From an uncultured bacterium (GTDB lineage Bacteria; Omnitrophota; Omnitrophia; Omnitrophales; Aquincolibacteriaceae), in the NCBI GenBank assembly GCA_964434115.1, contig CAYSSX010000007.1, forward strand, positions 82,734 to 146,733: 64,000 nucleotides of DNA, written 5' to 3'. Every line of letters starts with the position of its first letter. The stretch's first letter is position 1. The notes below the pieces were generated by a model. It did not search any database, had not been told where the DNA came from, and saw only the letters and a list, made by a program, of their open reading frames with translations. Positions 63,001 to 64,000 of this stretch are shown here, piece by piece. The position numbers and the translations under genes are program-made.

Positions 63001-64000
63001 GGTCACCAATTCTCCGGTTAATTTTGTGGTGGGCGCGACCGTGTTCGAAGCTCAGGTCGGCACAAAAGTTTCAGTCGACAGTCTCGGTGTTACTCAAGTC
63101 CAGGTAGGCACAGTGCCTGTGGTCCTTTCTACTGCGAATAACACCACTGTGACACTTGCCGCCGGATCCCAATTCTCAATCGATCAGGCAGGCGTCGCTG
63201 TGGTCACTAATACCGCTGCAGGCACGGTCGTCACATCCGGCTCTACGGCTGTAACGCTGGGTGCGGGAGCGAATCTTTTGGTTGCAGAACAGGGCGAGGT
63301 GATTGTCACGGCTGCGGTAGCGACAACGATCACCAACGGCACACAGTCCTTTGTCCCAGGCGTTGGAACAAGCCTTACTGTTGGCGTGAATGGAGCGGTT
63401 ACTGTTTCGACATCAACACAAACCTCCACGGGAATCTTGAATGGCATGACCACAGTCATGGCCGCCAACACCTCAATCAATATGGCCGCCAACGGCAGCA
63501 TCAATCTTGTCCGCGGTGCGATCCAGGTGAAAACAAATGCTGTCAGCGGCGTGCTGACGCTGGGCGCGAATACTTACCAGGTCAATGCGAACACAACCTT
63601 GAGCGTGAACGCTGCCGGCGTTCTTACGGTGACGGCAGGCAGTGTCACGGTCAGCCAGGGTGCTGTTACGGTTCAGATGGGTACAAGCAATGTTCAAGTT
63701 CTTGCCGGCAGCACGATTAGTGTAGATGCTTCGGGAATGGTGAAAGTTACGACGACACAGGGAACAGTCCAGCAGACCGCGACGGGAGTTACCGCCACGC
63801 AGAGCGGTGTGAGCGTGACGGTGCCGGTCGGTTCTGCTGTCAACACGACAACCGGCATGATTCAGGTCACCGTGAATCAGAATACTGATGCTGTCATTAC
63901 GATGGGCAGCGTGACGCGTACGATTCAGGCGCAGTCATCATCCATCGACATTCTGGTCCTCGGCGGAGTGGCTCAAATCATTGCCAACGATACGGCAACG
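2..64000 (+). CDS. Single uninterrupted ORF in frame +2, 21,333 sense codons, open at both window edges. Internal fragment of a giant (>21,333 aa) multidomain membrane/surface protein gene. Partial at 5' and 3' ends.
   Basis: Manual codon-by-codon translation of frame +2 from nt 2 to nt 64000 (last codon 63998-64000 'acg') gives a coherent protein throughout, with Ca-binding loops, TM helices, repeat families and helical low-complexity, and no in-frame stop. Independent support from the ORF track: frame +2 has many in-frame ATGs (for example 131-133), yet no + ORF in the track is in frame 2 mod 3. All + ORFs start at coordinates divisible by 3 (777, 2547, 2961 ... 59622), so frame 2 cannot contain a stop. 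All long - strand ORFs (55385..57631, 43616..45367, 28514..29956, 2840..3982, 23990..25063 and others) end at coordinates = 1 mod 3, which is the codon-aligned antisense frame of a real GC-rich CDS. Confidence 0.9.
806..853 (+). repeat. Gly/Tyr/Met-rich low-complexity island 1 ('GDFGDGEYMGGMGGSS')
   Basis: Direct translation. ggc/atg/tac-rich nucleotide stretch. Confidence 0.7.
1004..1050 (+). repeat. Gly/Tyr-rich low-complexity island 2 ('DPGQGYGGYGNQPPADP')
   Basis: Direct translation. Confidence 0.7.
1774..1830 (+). repeat. Gly/Tyr/Met-rich island 3 ('DDGEGGHMGMGGYGGYTTS')
   Basis: Direct translation. Confidence 0.7.
3385..4340 (+). repeat. Tandem array A of dockerin-type (F-hand) Ca2+-binding repeats. 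11 loops of form D-[VILM]-N-x-D-G-x-[VI]-[DN]-x-x-D, each followed by an amphipathic helix.
   Basis: Loops read directly: DMNGDGTFDSAD, DVNQDGIVDMED, DTNGDGQYTTSD, DVNKDKQINFRD, DINRDRKTDEGD, DVNNDGQVSRKD, DVNGNGKTGDDE (nt 3884-3919), DVNRDGVVNNQD, DYDGNGNLDFMD, DVNDDGRVDDRD, DVNEDGVVDAED. Post-loop helices such as 'DVNSLNKIINYV' and 'DVALISKVLDYL' match the dockerin repeat architecture. Asp rather than Glu at loop position 12 favours dockerin-like over canonical EF-hand. Confidence 0.75.
4380..5990 (+). repeat. Beta-hairpin G-x-x-Y repeat modules (block 2)
   Basis: 'LDGVRYVVSLHPSGAYLF', 'VGGKEYDVLFQPYERYLF', 'LDGHEFILERDVKTKRVKL', 'VEGIEYYVVNNFDGTYTF', 'LEGTVYEIHEDPFSGQMTL', 'LDGIRYDVEENADQSYTF', 'IRGSIYDIIANTYTGTVTL'. 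Same unit as block 1. Confidence 0.5.
5095..5180 (+). repeat. Gly/Tyr-rich island 4 ('EYGPGGNYGGYEGAFLGGNYGGTPQDQQ')
   Basis: Direct translation. Confidence 0.7.
6020..6565 (+). other. Concanavalin A-like lectin/glucanase-fold domain, resembling the DUF1080 / 3-keto-disaccharide-hydrolase-like family (~180 aa).
   Basis: 'FDNDSAPKGWTPEAGKWAVRGEMLEAERQGVRSYGNTGIYTDADFELSVDMAMEQ ... NHYAFRILRNGDNTTIGLF ... DFYRLKITSKDSEITVSLNDNVVFEVTD ... GYVAFSN ... AQFDNLKV'. This follows the G-W-x-V-x-x-G-x-L ... Y-x-D-F-E-L ... FDN[LI] landmarks typical of that family. Assignment from motif memory only, no search run. Confidence 0.45.
6640..8900 (+). repeat. Tandem array B of dockerin-type Ca2+-binding repeats (~21 loops), interrupted near its start by Gly/Tyr island 5.
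   Basis: DLNADGRFDRKD, DVNGDGVGDAKD, DVNGDNVVNDLD, DVNNDGNVDFKD, DLDHNGLIDGND, DLNFDGKVELSK, DINQDGMVDQAD, DLNNDGKVDSQD, DVNRDGSINGRD, DLNGDNAVNGLD, DLDGNGTLDLKD, DVNKDGKIDDQD, DINADGKVDQSD, DINKNGSFDLDD, DVNGDGKVNKFD, DFNQDGSFESLD, DVTGDNVVDAND, DVNGDGVITDKD, DVNGDGKVDASD (nt 8675-8710), DIQKDFIIDTLD. Loops sit at roughly 30-35-aa spacing, each followed by a short helix. Confidence 0.75.
6742..6900 (+). repeat. Gly/Tyr/Met-rich island 5, the longest ('CSPGMEGCEGYESGGYPGMGGSMGAGGYNFGGSGGEGFNYGGIGGVNSPGNQP'). Contains a C-x5-C pair.
   Basis: Direct translation. Confidence 0.7.
14135..14222 (+). repeat. Gly/Tyr/Met island 6 ('SGGGMGGYGGMGGYGGMGGYGGEEGGEY') with a nucleotide-level 18-nt tandem triplication (14147-14200).
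   Basis: Units 'ggtatgggcggttatggc' (14147-14164), 'ggtatgggcggttacggc' (14165-14182), 'ggcatgggcggctacggc' (14183-14200). They differ only at synonymous positions, and each encodes GMGGYG. Confidence 0.8.
16831..17155 (+). repeat. Four additional dockerin-type Ca2+-binding loops embedded inside the helical stalk.
   Basis: 'RADINLDDRVNAKDVFDL', 'IDINNDGKRDMLDKAIWQHL', 'GDVNADGLLTDRDVGLYREYM', 'VDVDGNGVVNAADVAAINGFVLG'. Confidence 0.65.
22200..24300 (+). other. Beta-rich globular module(s) of unknown fold, following the stalk.
   Basis: 'GFSFKFTDSVGVKDLRNNTVYLWKPGTGTENWYDLS ... SYKPMVVVNSNFEPWTGRVVLESRDETGAPVVSVDGKSYKITGSSTANGVRTYTVQIPPSSTVPPASLGTLTLDVTSAPFDGQF'. Alternating pattern, Pro/Gly turns, no helix-forming runs. 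Confidence 0.4.
24800..29900 (+). other. Mixed alpha/beta modular region carrying sparse paired-cysteine motifs, consistent with small disulfide loops in extracytoplasmic domains.
   Basis: Cys pairs read directly: 'SCNAGQTMCVYN' (~25165-25200), 'SCTPCQGANG' (~25255-25285), 'SFCGANKDQSCLL' (~26965-27005), 'DPCVAPACNP' (~27965-27995), 'FCLEKACQAGG' (~28175-28210), 'FDCTKDPWKGQCHDP' (~28800-28845), 'LCPMFTLPTSDDCVMMDDDG' (~29215-29275). Cys is otherwise nearly absent from the protein. Confidence 0.5.
30000..34330 (+). other. Second predominantly alpha-helical region (~1,450 aa)
   Basis: A/L/E/Q/R/K-rich helix-favouring composition, for example 'ARRTEARVEIEQDILAGLQKDADQYRTLQKNLETTRDKITDELKLIDLQLL', 'LDARARLAQADANIARAKEIYDATLLDYERAKEMARGADDILAQYELE'. 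Confidence 0.5.
34330..41800 (+). repeat. Beta-rich modular region (~2,500 aa) that re-uses the G-x-x-Y hairpin unit and carries paired cysteines.
   Basis: 'VLIGGQWYRVTYSLKGNTGMMTITGDDV', 'VEINGQEYLIFGDGLGYSIASKTGFYFEV', 'VKMGGYPYRVKISLDGSNNVIVRYSQI', 'VMLDGKVYTASLSSMVNGTLTIGTLKL', 'VTIDGKKYKSRVFKNDDRGVLTLDMT', 'IIDGMKYSVSIRTGLDGQTLMTITT'. Cys pairs: 'LLCTPAAGDTCTFAQTCPAAGCPGG' (~36060-36135), 'SCTSGDGGVECTKAF' (~36520-36560), 'WDCEQGNVDCSQPP' (~38480-38515), 'QCAGADKKQCGD' (~40693-40728). Confidence 0.5.
42095..42240 (+). other. Isolated ~48-aa hydrophobic segment with glycine-zipper character. Candidate helical hairpin or re-entrant membrane segment.
   Basis: 'ALFGYFLNMTMLAMSFPVMMGLAGGLSGLGVGAAIGEAIMEGALIAP' contains G-x-x-x-G-x-x-x-G spacing (GLAGGLSGLGVGAAIG). 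Flanked by polar sequence. Confidence 0.45.
42880..43000 (+). repeat. Pro/Gly/Ser/Thr-rich flexible linker
   Basis: 'WGPPPSSSGGGTGGPGSPGGSTTTTPPGGTMTGSGSAGSG', followed by the Cys pair 'SCNGNPNCKV'. Confidence 0.75.
48810..49160 (+). repeat. Trp-rich ~11-residue amphipathic repeats immediately N-terminal to the membrane core
   Basis: 'VWDYVLKPVVD/YLTYVKDFWVE/QWNNYVVPAAN/WVWNNAIAPWA/VPLWNNVVKPA/VETVGGWIKEG/AAWVGKQIVAG/...SWINWAGQQVVAAWNWFAS'. Trp and Pro/Asn recur with ~11-residue periodicity. Confidence 0.5.
49185..50725 (+). other. Polytopic transmembrane block 1 (about 10-12 predicted TM helices)
   Basis: Consecutive ~20-aa uncharged hydrophobic runs: 'ILHTLAWGAIIAGSLLIAPSWFIYAAVGAGVLAAVA', 'MAIAVAIGVGIALIALAIAGAIFFAPLLFAAAGTLSFGASILATVLTVSLLTMTLAGIILLVGGIAAY' (nt 49558-49765), 'AVIMATYTAAILLVGNILGV', 'FYLSLALNLALIGGFVGAAFALGGVGFLLLIPALLIGAATLAGANFFTMTGLKFSGVLGLAADVILFIASM', 'WIFVKAMVAQTLSTGSFALSLRLWMNMMF', 'LLTFLHTMPLGPALFLLGPMGLYLG'. 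These are separated by short polar/charged loops (K/R-rich, for example 'KKAVIM', 'HDYKRIMGKNN'). Confidence 0.7.
50730..51570 (+). other. Soluble ~280-aa loop between the two TM blocks
   Basis: Polar/amphipathic sequence with few long hydrophobic runs: 'ISQKAIQMGSQNFLANFIGQGLKGFLDEVFVEGIGGDVTELL ... TADYQQLITNMGSADLDAVAGLFKDAKDFQAFV ...'. Confidence 0.5.
51580..52075 (+). other. Polytopic transmembrane block 2 (about 5-6 predicted TM helices)
   Basis: 'FRGVLAIGATLAASFLTGGLALGLVLGGMVVAQALVFAALH', 'LSLGNFMGLFAFGVVAGGLVTAITLATGGTFLGIAGAIGAAATF', 'FFSAFLNQAGFVFSPLILPLLSLSGTMLTALAGAAGFVTSLLGGLGFLVGLTGIF'. Confidence 0.7.
52110..56880 (+). repeat. Array of about 80-90 short (~16-20-aa) helical repeats, roughly L-x-x-[LIV]-[LIVA]-x-[VIL]-F-x-x-[LIV]-P-N-[LI]-x-x-x-D. 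Candidate alpha-solenoid of unrecognised family.
   Basis: 'LVQVFAGLVDFANIKVED / LQNLVLVFSSVVDLSD / LQNLTDFVTVFAGNVTDIAQ / LQKLISSFTNLNVPIVN / VVQVFLGLPNLQGLNFVD / LLTVFTTIPNLSNTD / LVDIFNAFSTLGTFQG ... LHMIQIAQVFAGIPNLDSTK / VLALLSVFMSIPSLQTEAN / LLQLAQIFAGVPGVGLVD / IATVFLNLPNLSEAAV ...'. This continues without interruption for ~1,590 aa. Confidence 0.65.
56900..57870 (+). repeat. Ala/Ile/Val/Gln-rich low-complexity repeats of form (I/V)-T-x-A-x-I-x-A-V-Q-A-I-L
   Basis: 'NVAQLAQNAALAVQILQQANV', 'ANLAQAVAAIQLV', 'ITAAQIAATIVAIQSGV', 'ITLASIQAVQAIL', 'ITAVDIKSVEAIL', 'ITAASIAAVNILIEKG', 'IEAAVQLAAAKIDIV'. Confidence 0.55.
57870..64000 (+). repeat. C-terminal Thr/Val/Gly/Ala/Asn/Gln-rich beta-strand repeat region (>2,040 aa in window, continues beyond nt 64000). 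Candidate beta-solenoid / fibrous adhesin-like shaft.
   Basis: Nearly charge-free alternating pattern, for example 'TVTVGTTVYTVGAGVQTVFEN', 'VTVTGGSISIANPGSTAAVRTVNINGALYTVNGNSALTVQQNGSIRLVNGTVTVQNVAAQAKTVTVGTAVITVAAS', 'TVTVNGSVYQVAAGTEMTVNAAGVVTLTKAGSVTVVTGTVNVQVGANVITVQNGTTLTLNASGNFTV'. Degenerate ~30-45-aa periodicity with recurring 'G-x-V-T-V', 'V-N-G', 'A-G-T' elements. Confidence 0.6.

Noticed and set aside
2-64000. Possibility that the window holds several adjacent genes rather than one
   Set aside because: There is no stop codon anywhere in frame +2, and domain and repeat families continue across every candidate boundary. No intergenic (AT-rich, non-coding) stretch exists. Internal Met codons could in principle serve as secondary starts, but nothing in the sequence supports separate genes.
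1-64000. Mobile elements, CRISPR arrays, rRNA/tRNA genes, promoters/terminators
   Set aside because: No non-coding interval exists in the window. No direct-repeat/spacer architecture, no inverted terminal repeats and no RNA-gene-like conserved blocks were seen. The only nucleotide-level repeats are in-frame coding repeats, for example the 18-nt triplication at 14147-14200.
2-64000. Eukaryotic or viral origin
   Set aside because: 64 kb of uninterrupted coding sequence with uniform codon bias and no intron-like interruptions is far more consistent with a prokaryotic giant gene. I cannot assign a taxon from the sequence alone.

Overview
The whole 64,000-nt window is one continuous open reading frame on the + strand in frame +2 (codon starts at positions = 2 mod 3). 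Translating nt 2..64000 gives 21,333 sense codons with no TAA, TAG or TGA, so the ORF runs off both ends of the window. This is therefore an internal fragment of a giant gene (more than 64 kb, more than 21,333 aa). The supplied ORF track misses it completely, because it only lists ATG-to-stop ORFs. Every + strand ORF in the track is in frame 0 mod 3. Every long - strand ORF is in the codon-aligned antisense frame (end coordinate = 1 mod 3). These are all shadow ORFs of the real gene. There are no RNA genes, mobile elements, CRISPR arrays or intergenic regulatory regions in the window.

The translated protein is a mosaic with the following parts, in order.

(i) N-terminal beta-rich modules made of recurring G-x-x-Y beta-hairpin units.

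(ii) Two large tandem arrays of dockerin-type (F-hand) Ca2+-binding loops 'DVNGDGKVDxxD', about 32 loops in all, plus 4 more embedded further downstream.

(iii) Six Gly/Tyr/Met-rich low-complexity islands (GGYGG, GMGGYG).

(iv) A concanavalin-A-like / DUF1080-like lectin-type domain.

(v) An alpha-helical, Ala/Leu/Glu/Gln-rich stalk of roughly 4,400 aa.

(vi) Mixed alpha/beta modules with sparse paired cysteines of the kind found in extracytoplasmic domains.

(vii) A hydrophobic glycine-zipper segment and a Pro/Gly/Ser/Thr linker.

(viii) Trp-rich 11-residue amphipathic repeats leading into a polytopic transmembrane core with about 15-18 predicted helices, in the middle of the protein.

(ix) About 1,600 aa of a short (roughly 16-20 aa) helical tandem repeat.

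(x) A C-terminal T/V/G/A-rich beta-solenoid-like repeat region of at least 2,000 aa that continues past the window end.

No recognisable catalytic motif was seen by eye. The architecture suggests a giant membrane-anchored, Ca2+-binding surface fibre or adhesin. It is comparable in scale to the giant genes reported from Chlorobium chlorochromatii and from Omnitrophota metagenomes, but with its own domain composition.
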